Of a DNA stretch of 17,859 nt, positions 8,039 to 17,289 are shown piece by piece; the first letter of the stretch is position 1, and each line of letters opens with the position of its first letter. The position numbers and the translations under genes are program-made. This stretch comes from Candidatus Thorarchaeota archaeon (lineage in GTDB: Archaea > Asgardarchaeota > Thorarchaeia > Thorarchaeales > Thorarchaeaceae). Below the pieces are notes generated by a model. It did not search any database. It was not told the DNA's origin and saw only the letters and a list, made by a program, of their open reading frames with translations. The stretch is taken from NCBI GenBank assembly GCA_011364985.1, contig RDOC01000015.1, forward strand, positions 1-17,859. Reading direction: 5' to 3'.

Positions 8039-9970
8039 TCAAAGACGAAGCTTGAAAATATACTCCTCATCAGCCATGCTTAATTGGCTTTCAATGATCT
8101 TCCCTGTTTTGTGAAGGAATCTTATCATTGGCTGATTTCTTGGATGCACGTATGCTATGAATGCTTTGACACCCTTACTCTTTGCAATTCTCACTAGATG
8201 ATTCAGCATGAAGGTGCCTATTCCCATTCCCTGATACTCATCTTGAATTAGAAGAGCAAACTCGGCCTCATTTGTGCTTCTGTTCAGGAGATATCTTCCA
8301 GCACCAATCACCTGTTCTGTTTCTTTCTCATCATCAGGATGAATCACAGCCACAATTGATACATCCCGGTCAGCATCTACGTCATAGAAATCTTGCAGTG
8401 TCCGTCGTGGTAGACTCTTTAGAGGTGTAAGAAATCGGAAGTATATGCTCTCTTCAGATAAGTCGTAGAATAGATCCTTTATTCTATCCGCATCATCAGG
8501 TCTGGCCAATCGGAAATGGACTGTGACCTCTCCCTCTACCCCCTTGAAAGTTTCTTGATACTCGAACTCAGAGAGAAAGTAGGTTCCTTTCACCTGGAAC
8601 GGAACCTGATCTTCGAAGACATAGCGAAGTTTCTTTGCAGCCTCAAGAAGGCCGTTTCTAAAATCAGGGTGTGCAATGGCAATAAGTGAAAGAACTCGTT
8701 CTCTAATTGTCTTGCCATGTAAAGTTGCAAGGCCATATTCAGTAATAACAACATCAACGTCACCACGTGTTGTCACAACTCCTGCTCCCTCACTGAGCCG
8801 TGGCACAATCCTAGATACAGCGCCGTCCATCGCTGTGGATCGGATGCATATGATTGCTTTCCCACCAGGAGACCGTGCTGCGCCGCGAATGAAGTCTACT
8901 TGCCCGCCAATACCACTGTAGAACTTATGACCAATGGAGTCTGCACACACCTGTCCGGTTAGGTCCACTTCTAACGCAGAGTTGATTGCTATCATCTTCT
9001 TGTTCTGACTGATTACATAGGGATCATTGACATACGAGGTATCATGGAAGTGAAATAGTGGGTTGTTGTCCACATAATCATAGAGATTCTTGCTTCCCAT
9101 GGCAAAACTGGCAATAGCATGCCCTCGATGAATACTCTTCTTCATATTTGTCACGACGCCATCTTCGATAAGCGGAATCAAGCTGTCGCTGAACATCTCA
9201 GTATGAATTCCCAAGTCCCGCACACCAGTTTCAAGGAGATTGTTGCACACTGCTTGAGGCAGAGCTCCGATTCCCAGTTCCAAGGTCGATTCATTCTCGA
9301 TGAGTCTGGCAACATAGGAACCAATCAGATTCACAGTATCATCAATATCCGCTGCCTCGAATTCGCGAAGAGGCTCATTAAAAGGCACAATATAATCGAT
9401 TTCTTTTGCATTGATGAAGGAGTCACCATGAGTGACAGGCATTTGGTCATTTACCTGCGCAATCACAAGATCCGCACTCTCTGCTCCTGCTTTTGTTATA
9501 TCCACTGAGATTCCATAGGAGCAATACCCATGTTCATCTGGAGGGCTCACTTGGATAAGGGCGACATCGATTGGCATTCTCTTTGACCTGAACAATCGTG
9601 GAATATCAGAGAGCATTATTGGTGTATAATCTGCGCGCCCCTCCGAAACCGCTTCGCGAATATTCTCTGAAACGAAGAATGTGTTGTGCCTGAACTGCGA
9701 CTGAAACTTCGGGTCTGCGGAGGGCGTATCTCCAAGAGTTAGGAGATGCATAATTTCATTATCTGCCATTCGGTCAGAATGCTTTGCCAACTCCTGAACA
9801 AGATGATACGGGACGCCACACCCAGTACCAAGAAAGATCCGCGTACCTCGCTTAATCTTCTTAATTGCGGTATCTGCTTTCAACACCTTCTGTTTGTATT
9901 TCTCAATCCATTTGGCATCGGCCACTGCTGCTCTCTCGCGTTGCGACCTCTCATAGTTCCTAATAGACAT
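8039..9970 (-). CDS. Acetyl-CoA hydrolase/CoA-transferase (family I, 4-hydroxybutyrate CoA-transferase-like) fused to a C-terminal Pat-type GNAT acetyltransferase
   Basis: GRADYTP, QVSPPDEHGYCSYG, GIHTEMFSD (catalytic Glu), SGIGGQVDF, VVTTRGDVDVVITEYG; GNAT part about 8039-8530: LSEESIYFRF, IGAGRY, EAEFALLIQDEYQGMGIG, NQPMIRF; start likely ATG 9970. Confidence 0.92.
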   Translation of the reverse strand: MSIRNYERSQRERAAVADAKWIEKYKQKVLKADTAIKKIKRGTRIFLGTGCGVPYHLVQELAKHSDRMADNEIMHLLTLGDTPSADPKFQSQFRHNTFFVSENIREAVSEGRADYTPIMLSDIPRLFRSKRMPIDVALIQVSPPDEHGYCSYGISVDITKAGAESADLVIAQVNDQMPVTHGDSFINAKEIDYIVPFNEPLREFEAADIDDTVNLIGSYVARLIENESTLELGIGALPQAVCNNLLETGVRDLGIHTEMFSDSLIPLIEDGVVTNMKKSIHRGHAIASFAMGSKNLYDYVDNNPLFHFHDTSYVNDPYVISQNKKMIAINSALEVDLTGQVCADSIGHKFYSGIGGQVDFIRGAARSPGGKAIICIRSTAMDGAVSRIVPRLSEGAGVVTTRGDVDVVITEYGLATLHGKTIRERVLSLIAIAHPDFRNGLLEAAKKLRYVFEDQVPFQVKGTYFLSEFEYQETFKGVEGEVTVHFRLARPDDADRIKDLFYDLSEESIYFRFLTPLKSLPRRTLQDFYDVDADRDVSIVAVIHPDDEKETEQVIGAGRYLLNRSTNEAEFALLIQDEYQGMGIGTFMLNHLVRIAKSKGVKAFIAYVHPRNQPMIRFLHKTGKIIESQLSMADEEYIFKLRL

Positions 9971-10074
9971 TTCCAAGCGAACACAAGTGCTTCCAATGCA
10001 TGACGATAACCTTTTAGTGAGGTAATTCTCGCCACCTTCTTCAAGACTAGACAATCATTTAGGAGAATGACCTA

Positions 10075-11352
10075 ATGTCTGAAGAGAAAATCGGAAACCG
10101 CGGCCTTGTGATTATTGGGGCGATAATTGTTCAGCTCTGTTTGGGCACAATCTATGCGTGGACAATCTTCCAGACTGCCCTTACGGGTGGGACCTACAAT
10201 TGGCCGTCGCTAAATACACAGCTGCCATTTGCTGCAGGACTTGCGTCATTTGCCCTGTTCATGATTTTTGCCGGACGGTGGCAAGACAACGTTGGCCCGA
10301 GAAAAGTCGCTACTGTCGGCGGTATTCTTCTGGGACTCGGCTATATCCTCGCATCTCTCATTGACTTTCTGGCGCTTGATGCAACGATGGGCACAATCTA
10401 CCTCATTGTCACTTACGGTATAGTCGGTGGTGCTGGTATTGGATTTGCATATGTATGTCCAATTGCAGCATTAGTCAAGTGGTTCCCCGACAAGAAGGGT
10501 GCAATAACTGGGATTGCAGTTGCCGGCTTCGGTGGTGGAGCACTCATCTTTCTCTATATTGAAGAATTCCTCATCAATACGCTCTCTGGCGGCTTTGTTG
10601 GTATGCCATTTCTGTATCTCGGAATTATCTATCTTGTTGGTGTTGTTCTGGGTTCCCAGATCCTAGTCAATCCACCAGAAGGATGGTTGCCTGAAGGATT
10701 CACACCCCCCGCAACAACTGCCGATGCCTCAGGTGAAGGAGCGATGCCCAGTGAGATGATCCGCACAAGCTCTTTCTGGCTTCTTTGGCTTATGTTTGTC
10801 TTCGCAGCGACTGCTGGTCTAATGACTCTTGGCAACGTGAAGAGTGCTGCAGGCTTTGTGGATCCACTAGTTCTTGATCCGTTGCTGCAGCTGGGTGCGC
10901 TCATAGGTGGCATTATGTCCATCTTCAATGCTATTGGCAGAATCGTCTGGGGTGCAGTTTCTGACAAGCATGGAAGAGCTAATACGATGGCCTTGATGTT
11001 CATTATTCTGGCAGCGGCAATGTTCGGTCTTGCATGGGTTTCTTCCTCAACGCCAACAGAAGGCCTATGGATCACAATCACGGTCTTTGCATCATTAGTG
11101 GGCTTTTGTTTCGGAGGTAATTTCGCACTATTCCCATCCGCTACGGCTGACTTCTGGGGGTCCAAGAATGTTGGAAAGAACTATGGTGTGATGTTTACTG
11201 CATACGGTATTGCAGGAATTACTGGCGCCCTTGTTGCTGGGCCTATCGTTGATGCGACTGGTTCCTACTTCATGGCGTTCGTTGTTACTGGAGTACTTGC
11301 ACTTGTCGCAGTAATTCTCATCCTTGTGCTCAGAAGAATGAAAACACAATAA
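10075..11352 (+). CDS. MFS transporter, OFA/monocarboxylate family
   Basis: About 12 TM; GRWQDNVGPR, GFAYVCPIAALVKWFPDKKG, FNAIGRIVWGAVSDKHGR, GKNYG; RBS AGGAGA at 10061. Confidence 0.92.
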   Translation: MSEEKIGNRGLVIIGAIIVQLCLGTIYAWTIFQTALTGGTYNWPSLNTQLPFAAGLASFALFMIFAGRWQDNVGPRKVATVGGILLGLGYILASLIDFLALDATMGTIYLIVTYGIVGGAGIGFAYVCPIAALVKWFPDKKGAITGIAVAGFGGGALIFLYIEEFLINTLSGGFVGMPFLYLGIIYLVGVVLGSQILVNPPEGWLPEGFTPPATTADASGEGAMPSEMIRTSSFWLLWLMFVFAATAGLMTLGNVKSAAGFVDPLVLDPLLQLGALIGGIMSIFNAIGRIVWGAVSDKHGRANTMALMFIILAAAMFGLAWVSSSTPTEGLWITITVFASLVGFCFGGNFALFPSATADFWGSKNVGKNYGVMFTAYGIAGITGALVAGPIVDATGSYFMAFVVTGVLALVAVILILVLRRMKTQ

Positions 11353-11382
11353 TACACGACAAAGAGGTTAAGGATTATCTCC

Positions 11383-11409
11383 TTACTCCTCTTTTTCTTC
11401 TTTCTTTTT
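11383..11409 (+). terminator. Pyrimidine/oligo-T tract after MFS gene
   Basis: CTCCTCTTTTTCTTCTTTCTTTTT just downstream of stop 11352. Confidence 0.45.
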
Positions 11410-11445
11410 GCCACTTCTCAGCGAGATTTCTTTCAAAACTACTTA

Positions 11446-11555
11446 GTCGAATCAAAATTCGACGGTTTTCGAACAAAGTGCAAGAAAACGTGTCAATGGA
11501 CAATCCTTTTATTGGTGTTTCTGTGGCGTCGGCCAAAGCATCGATGCTAGGTGAC
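11446..11555 (+). promoter_or_regulatory. acs upstream region: palindromes, TATA-like box and RBS
   Basis: GTCGAAT-caaa-ATTCGAC (11446-11463), TGTC-aatg-GACA (11491-11502), CCTTTTATT (11505-11513), AGGTGA (11549-11554). Confidence 0.5.
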
Positions 11556-11562
11556 ATTTTAG

Positions 11563-13557
11563 ATGTCTGACGAAAAGAAAATCACTGTTACAAGCCAAGA
11601 GGGAAGACGATTCTCTCCCCCCCAGAGCTTTGTTGATAAGGCCTATGTAAAGAGCCACGGCGAGAGGATGAAGCTTTGGAAGGAGTCAATCGAGAATCCC
11701 GATGATTTCTGGCTTAAGTTAGCAAATTCTGACCTATTCTACTGGAAGAAACCACCCACAAAGGGTTTCAATTGGAAGAACCCTGAGAATGCTGAATTCA
11801 CTTTCTTCGAAGATGGTGTGACCAATCTGGCCTACAACTGTCTCGACAAGTGGGTTGAGCGCGGACGTGGTGATCAAATCGCCATCATCTGGCAAGGTGA
11901 TCCAGTTGAAGAGTCTAAGACCTACACATATTCGGAGCTCCTTAGTGAAGTCAACAAGGCTGCAAATGTACTGAAGAACCTTGGTCTGAAGAAGGATGAC
12001 ACAGTCACTATTTACCTGCCCATGATTCCTGAGCTAGCGATTCTCATGCTGGCTTGTGTCCGAATTGGCGTAATCCATAGTATTGTCTTTGGTGGGTTCA
12101 CTGCTGATTCGCTGATTGATAGGATTCAAGACTGTAAGAGCAAGGTACTCATCACAGCCGACGGATACTACCGCGGTGGAAAGGTGATTCCACAGAAGAA
12201 GAACGCCGACAGAGCCATCGAGGACACTCCAGTCATTGAGAAGGTCCTTGTTGTCGGGAGAATCGGCATCAATGACACGCCAATGCAGAACGGTCGCGAT
12301 TTCTGGTACCATGAGGAATACGCAAAAGTGAATGACAAATGCGATCCTGAATGGATAGGCGCTGAAGAGCCTCTCTTTATCCTCTACACATCAGGTTCCA
12401 CAGGAAAGCCAAAGGGTGTCCTTCACACCTTGGGAGGCTACATGGTCTACACAGCTCATAGCTTCTTGAAAATCTTCGACTGGCACCCGGGTGATGTCTA
12501 TTGGTGCACTGCTGACATTGGCTGGATTACTGGTCACTCCTACATTGTATATGGTCCTCTCGCTGCAGGAGCAACCTCAATGATGTACGAGGGTGTTCCT
12601 ACATGGCCAGAGCCTGACAGATTCTGGCATGAGGTCGAGAAATGGAAGGTAAACCAGTTCTACACCGCACCCACAGCAATTCGTGCCCTGATGAAGTTTG
12701 GTGACGACCCAGTGACCAAGCACGATTTGAGTTCTCTGAACCTTTTGGGGACTGTAGGAGAGCCCATCAATCCTGAGGCATGGATGTGGTATCACAGAGT
12801 TGTTGGCAAGGAGAAATGCCCCATTGTTGATACCTACTGGCAGACTGAGACCGGTGGTGTGATTTTCACCCCATTTCCCGGGTCCACAGCAACAATTCCA
12901 GGCTCATGCACCTTCCCATACTTTGGTGTCGATCCCCTGCTCGTTGCAGAAGATGGTACTCCATGCGGTCCAAACGAGGGAGGTTATCTCTGTATCAAGA
13001 AGCCCTGGCCTGGTCTAATGAGAACCGTCTATGGTGACCATCAGAGGTTCGTCAATACCTATTGGGTGCAGTACAAGGATCCTGACACTGGCAAGCCAAT
13101 GTACATGACTGGTGACGGCTCCCGATACAACGATGATGGTTACTACTTCGTCATGGGTCGAATCGATGATGTGCTCAAGGTATCCGGTCACCGGCTCGGA
13201 ACTGCCGAAATCGAGAGCGCTCTTGTCAAGCATTCCTCCGTGGCTGAAACCGCAGTTGTTGGCTTTCCCCACGATATTAAAGGTGAAGACATATACGCCT
13301 TCGTCACTCTGAAGGTTGGTGTCGAGAAGACAGATGAGCTGAGAGAGGAATTGCGAAAGTGGGTCCGGACTGAGGTGGGTCCAATCGCTACTCCTGCAAA
13401 GATTCAGTTTGCTGATGCGCTGCCCAAGACTCGTTCAGGCAAGATTATGCGCAGAATTCTGAAGAAGATTGCTGCAGGAACCATTGATGACATTGGCGAC
13501 ACCAGTACACTAGCCGACCCGGCAGTTGTTGAGGCCCTGATTAAGGAGCGACAATAG
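11563..13557 (+). CDS. acsA: Acetyl-CoA synthetase (AMP-forming)
   Basis: [82 protein letters not shown]. Confidence 0.98.
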   Translation: MSDEKKITVTSQEGRRFSPPQSFVDKAYVKSHGERMKLWKESIENPDDFWLKLANSDLFYWKKPPTKGFNWKNPENAEFTFFEDGVTNLAYNCLDKWVERGRGDQIAIIWQGDPVEESKTYTYSELLSEVNKAANVLKNLGLKKDDTVTIYLPMIPELAILMLACVRIGVIHSIVFGGFTADSLIDRIQDCKSKVLITADGYYRGGKVIPQKKNADRAIEDTPVIEKVLVVGRIGINDTPMQNGRDFWYHEEYAKVNDKCDPEWIGAEEPLFILYTSGSTGKPKGVLHTLGGYMVYTAHSFLKIFDWHPGDVYWCTADIGWITGHSYIVYGPLAAGATSMMYEGVPTWPEPDRFWHEVEKWKVNQFYTAPTAIRALMKFGDDPVTKHDLSSLNLLGTVGEPINPEAWMWYHRVVGKEKCPIVDTYWQTETGGVIFTPFPGSTATIPGSCTFPYFGVDPLLVAEDGTPCGPNEGGYLCIKKPWPGLMRTVYGDHQRFVNTYWVQYKDPDTGKPMYMTGDGSRYNDDGYYFVMGRIDDVLKVSGHRLGTAEIESALVKHSSVAETAVVGFPHDIKGEDIYAFVTLKVGVEKTDELREELRKWVRTEVGPIATPAKIQFADALPKTRSGKIMRRILKKIAAGTIDDIGDTSTLADPAVVEALIKERQ

Positions 13558-13589
13558 ACGCATACCATCGGGACGGGAACCTCCCGTCC
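13383..13589 (+). repeat. Direct repeat copy 1: acs 3' end plus terminator hairpin
   Basis: 13383-13557 aligns without gaps to 17290-17464 (offset 3907; 28 mismatches in 175 nt by hand); hairpin start also at the same offset. Confidence 0.95.
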
Positions 13590-13604
13590 ATCTCACTTTT
13601 TTTT
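13571..13604 (+). terminator. acs terminator
   Basis: GGACGGGA-acc-TCCCGTCC hairpin followed by T8. Confidence 0.8.
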
Positions 13605-13886
13605 GCAAAAGCAAAGACGACCTATGCTCTTTTTTCGGGTAGCAACAGTGGTCGTCATCATTCCATAGGCAATCCACACATCTCCTTTGAGATAAACCCC
13701 TGATATATTCCGCCATGTCCTCAGGAACAGTATTGGTCTCTTCACGCATGTAGGACATGTCCAACTCCCAGTTTCCTTTGTTGGCCAATTGGGCGCCCGC
13801 TGCCAATATTCATCATCAAGTACCAATAAAGCAATACTATATGTTGATGAGGTATCTGTGACCTATTAGAAGGCAGAATGAATTCA

Positions 13887-13925
13887 GGAGTGCTAGGACT
13901 CTTACTACTTAGCACGCCTTTTTTT
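13887..13925 (+). terminator. Orphan hairpin + T7 terminator-like element
   Basis: GTGCTAGG...CTTAGCAC stem then TTTTTTT; no convincing + strand ORF between it and the acs terminator. Confidence 0.45.
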
Positions 13926-14077
13926 CTTCTGCATATTGAAATGGGCTCTCTAGGCTGCAAAACACGGCGGCCTCGCAGTAAGAACATATTTCCATATATG
14001 AATAGCAGTAGGAAACGGCTTTAATAAAGCGATAAGAAGTATCCTTTAAGTGGCACTATAGGAGTTTAAAGGGAAGA

Positions 14078-14998
14078 ATGACCGACATCATCGTTTCTGT
14101 TTCAGGAATCAAGAAGCGATTTGGCAAAATGCAGGCGCTAGATGGTGTTGAAATCTCAATCCCATCAGGAGTGTCTGGAATTATCGGTCCGAATGGGGCT
14201 GGCAAGACTACACTCCTACGAGTCTTGCTCGGCCTGATACGAGCAGATGAAGGTAGGGCTTCAGTACTTGGATTGGATTCTGAAATGCAGTCTCTTGAGA
14301 TTAGAAGAAGAATTGGAGTCCTACATGAAAGGCCAATTTATCCACGCTTTCTTACTCCACTAGAATATCTCAAGATGATATCAGACTTGTATTGGGAACA
14401 TAGAGAGCCAATTGAGTTGCTCAAACTAGTGGATTTAGATAAAGCATGCGATCGCAAAATAAAAGATCTCTCCGCAGGAATGCATCAACGACTTGGCATT
14501 GCACAGAGTCTAGTAGGATATCCCGAGATTGTGTTTTTAGATGAGCCAACATCCAATCTTGATGTGACGGGGCGAAATGCTGTTCTTCAATTAATAATGG
14601 ATTTGTATAACAATACTGGTACAAGCTTTGTCATTTCATCACACATACTCTCGGAGCTGGAGAGGATATGCCACAATTTGGTCTTCATTGATGGAGGCAA
14701 AGTCATAGAGAGTGGCAGACTTGTTGAAATATTCAAAAAGTACGCTTCAGACAGATGGAGAGTACTCACATCTGATTCTGAGGTTCTTTATAGGTTAATC
14801 ACAAGCCTTTCTGGATTCGAGAATATTGGGATTACAGGAGTCAACACCATTTCGTTCTCAAACAAGGGTGACATCAACACCATTCGCCATGAGATAGAAT
14901 CTATTGCGAAAGAACACGAGATAGATGTCTATGATGTTTCTAGGTCTACTAGCCTTGAAGAAGTCTTCAAAGAGGTATCAAGAAATGAAAGCGAATAA
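14078..14998 (+). CDS. ABC-2 type exporter ATP-binding subunit
   Basis: Walker A GPNGAGKTT, signature LSAGMHQR, Walker B IVFLDEPT, H-loop ISSH. Confidence 0.95.
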   Translation: MTDIIVSVSGIKKRFGKMQALDGVEISIPSGVSGIIGPNGAGKTTLLRVLLGLIRADEGRASVLGLDSEMQSLEIRRRIGVLHERPIYPRFLTPLEYLKMISDLYWEHREPIELLKLVDLDKACDRKIKDLSAGMHQRLGIAQSLVGYPEIVFLDEPTSNLDVTGRNAVLQLIMDLYNNTGTSFVISSHILSELERICHNLVFIDGGKVIESGRLVEIFKKYASDRWRVLTSDSEVLYRLITSLSGFENIGITGVNTISFSNKGDINTIRHEIESIAKEHEIDVYDVSRSTSLEEVFKEVSRNESE

Positions 14999-15806
14999 GA
15001 ATCTCATCGAAGGCATAGTAAAGCTGGGACGAATTGAACTTGCATTGTCGTACCGAATACCCCTAATCGAGTCAATGGCAGCCATAGTTGCTTATACTTC
15101 TTGCATAAGCGTATTCATGGTAATATTCCAAACTATTGGCTTGAATCTAGTTCTAAGTGACACATTATACAACGGACCAGAGAATGTGGGTGCATATCAA
15201 CAGATTATCAGTGAACGAGCAACTATGTCATATGCTCTAGCTCAAACCAGTTGCTGGACATTCTTTACAATCCTCGTTCCCCTCTTCTTTGCCTTCACTC
15301 TCGCAAGAGCGTTTGAAGATGGAACTCTTAGAACTCTTATGTCTTACCCAATAAGTCGTACAATGTTGTTGACTGTGAAGACGTTGGTATTTATTATAGT
15401 TATCTCGATACCTGTCATCCTAATCCCTCTGCTTCTAATTGCCACTTACCTGCCATCAGAGGCAATCGTAAACTATCTGGGTTTGTTCATCATCTCAACA
15501 TTATTGTCAGTTGCACAACTCTCAGTTACTTCAATCCTTCTGTCGGTTTTATCTAAGGATGCTGCAACAACTGCGGTGGTTGGAGTCCTATTATGGGTCG
15601 GGCTGTCATATCTATCCTCACTTCCGACCATCCCCATTCATTTCTTAATGCTATGTAGTCCTATTAAGATGCTATCAAACTATGCAGTAGGGCTGTATCC
15701 GGAAATGATAAATTGGGAGCTTCTATTTCTACTGCTGGGTTCGCTTGCTTTTGTAGCGGCACTCTTTATTATCGGAATAAGAGTTTTCAGGAGGGTGGAG
15801 ATTTGA
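14985..15806 (+). CDS. ABC-2 type exporter permease
   Basis: About 6 TM; FEDGTLRTLMSYPISR...K motif; start ATG 14985 after GAGGT, overlapping the ATPase end. Confidence 0.9.
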   Translation: MKANKNLIEGIVKLGRIELALSYRIPLIESMAAIVAYTSCISVFMVIFQTIGLNLVLSDTLYNGPENVGAYQQIISERATMSYALAQTSCWTFFTILVPLFFAFTLARAFEDGTLRTLMSYPISRTMLLTVKTLVFIIVISIPVILIPLLLIATYLPSEAIVNYLGLFIISTLLSVAQLSVTSILLSVLSKDAATTAVVGVLLWVGLSYLSSLPTIPIHFLMLCSPIKMLSNYAVGLYPEMINWELLFLLLGSLAFVAALFIIGIRVFRRVEI

Positions 15807-16306
15807 CCAGGTATCGTTTCAATCGGCTGAGCTGGCTGCTCATTTGTTTCGGAATTGCAGGAGTCTTGATTGGTATCACGATCCCAAGCTTTGGCATGGG
15901 AGACGCAGGGCAGTTTGACCCAGATGAACTAAGAGGAAGAATCTACTTCGTTGTAGGTGATGTGAATGTTGATATCACTGTTAACGAGGGCGGACCAATT
16001 TCATTCTATGTGCTCGATTGGAACAACTCAATGGAACTTGTCCGTACTCAATCCCTAAAAACCATAGACTCGATCTTTGTATTAGAAAACATAACACACT
16101 TTGAGGGAATCATTACTATTCCAGTGTCTGGGCTTTACTCCTTCATTTCACAAAATATGGATAACGAGAGTGTGGCTTTCCGCGTTGACATGAGTCGAGT
16201 TCTACCGCAGCGCCACATTTTCTACCCATCTGTGCTTGTAACCACGATAGGAATGATTTTGTTTCAGGCTGTGCGAACTCCAAGATCTCCGCTAAAGGAA
16301 CTATGA
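15803..16306 (+). CDS. Two-TM membrane protein with central beta-rich (GOLD-like) domain; ABC cassette accessory gene
   Basis: TTG start in TTGA overlap with permease stop, GGAGG RBS; N- and C-terminal TM helices flank VNVDITVNEGGPISFYVLD...IPVSGLYSFISQN. Confidence 0.75.
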   Translation: MTRYRFNRLSWLLICFGIAGVLIGITIPSFGMGDAGQFDPDELRGRIYFVVGDVNVDITVNEGGPISFYVLDWNNSMELVRTQSLKTIDSIFVLENITHFEGIITIPVSGLYSFISQNMDNESVAFRVDMSRVLPQRHIFYPSVLVTTIGMILFQAVRTPRSPLKEL

Positions 16307-16329
16307 GCTAGAACAGTGCAGTTTCTAGC
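16307..16329 (+). terminator. Hairpin directly after the ABC cassette
   Basis: GCTAGAA-N9-TTCTAGC right after the stop codon; a second hairpin ATGGGATTC/GAATCTCAT at 16356-16378; no strong T tract. Confidence 0.35.
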
Positions 16330-16392
16330 ATGATTGGTCTATGGAAACTGTCTAATGGGATTCATTTAGAATCTCATGGAAGTGTTTCTTAA

Positions 16393-17289
16393 TCCATTCG
16401 ATGGCTCCACATCGAAACTACTATGTTCCAAAATCGCCATATTTTCAAATCTCATATTAATCTTAAAGAAACCTTTAGCGAATCCGACCTACTGGGTCTT
16501 CTCGAGTATCTTAAGGACGCGGGCTATGCTGCTGGTCACCTTCCGGATGGCGAATCCGATTTGAGTAGTTATCACGTAAATCGTGGCGGAGCGTACATTC
16601 AGGTTAAGAAACTCTCCTTTCATGATTTGGGAGTGCAAGCCGCTATTGATGTGGCCAAGCGTGTTCTGGAACGCAGTAGTCATATCGTCTTTTCCTATCA
16701 TAAATCAATGACTGGAGAGCTTGTGTTGTACCGTGTGACGGTTGATGGGCAATCTACCTACGAAGAACCTATCCTTGTGACCTCCGATGGAGATCCTAAC
16801 CTATGATGGCATCTCGTCCCTTCAGCCATACTATATTGGCACTCAGTCAGGCATATCCTTTCTATCTCCGGTAGACCACATGGAAAAGTGGAAGAACGAA
16901 TGGTTTGAGAAGCAGTATCGACTGTGGAAGTCAAAGAAGAAAGATACAGAGCTTCAGGTACTGGAATCAGAAAATGAAGCCAAACGAGAGTCCAAGAGAA
17001 TCATGCTCAAGGAGCATTTGGAGAGAAGGCCTCGAGATGTCAGAGTAGAGCAAGTAAAAACAATCTGCCCGGTGGAATTCGAGAAGACTGAGAGTGAACA
17101 AGCATGGCTGGAGCGCCATGAGGTTGAAGAACTTGCAATGGCAGCCGCTATGTCGTGTCATGATAATCTGGGTCACAACGTCGAGGATGTTGCGAGGAAG
17201 AACCGGGGATATGATATTCTCTGCAAGTCAACAACAGGAGTTTCACGTGTTGAGGTGAAAGGTATCATTTGCGCATCCTTCAGAGCCAT
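16393..17289 (+). pseudogene. Frameshifted, truncated remnant ending in a DUF3883/NOV_C PD-(D/E)XK domain (probably the C-terminus of a helicase-nuclease)
   Basis: ORFs 16423-16806 and 16787-17464 join by one base near 16789 (PILVTSDG|EILTYDG); [10 protein letters not shown]...[16 protein letters not shown]...RVEVKG; domain cut shortly after EVKG. Confidence 0.7.

Noticed and set aside
705-13312. Numerous short ORFs nested in or antisense to major genes (e.g. 4702-5142, 7002-7472, 9119-9508, 10629-11165)
   Set aside because: They overlap well-supported genes and have no motifs.
13510-13987. Minus-strand ORFs as an integrase remnant
   Set aside because: No tyrosine (R...HxxR...Y) or serine recombinase motifs recognisable.
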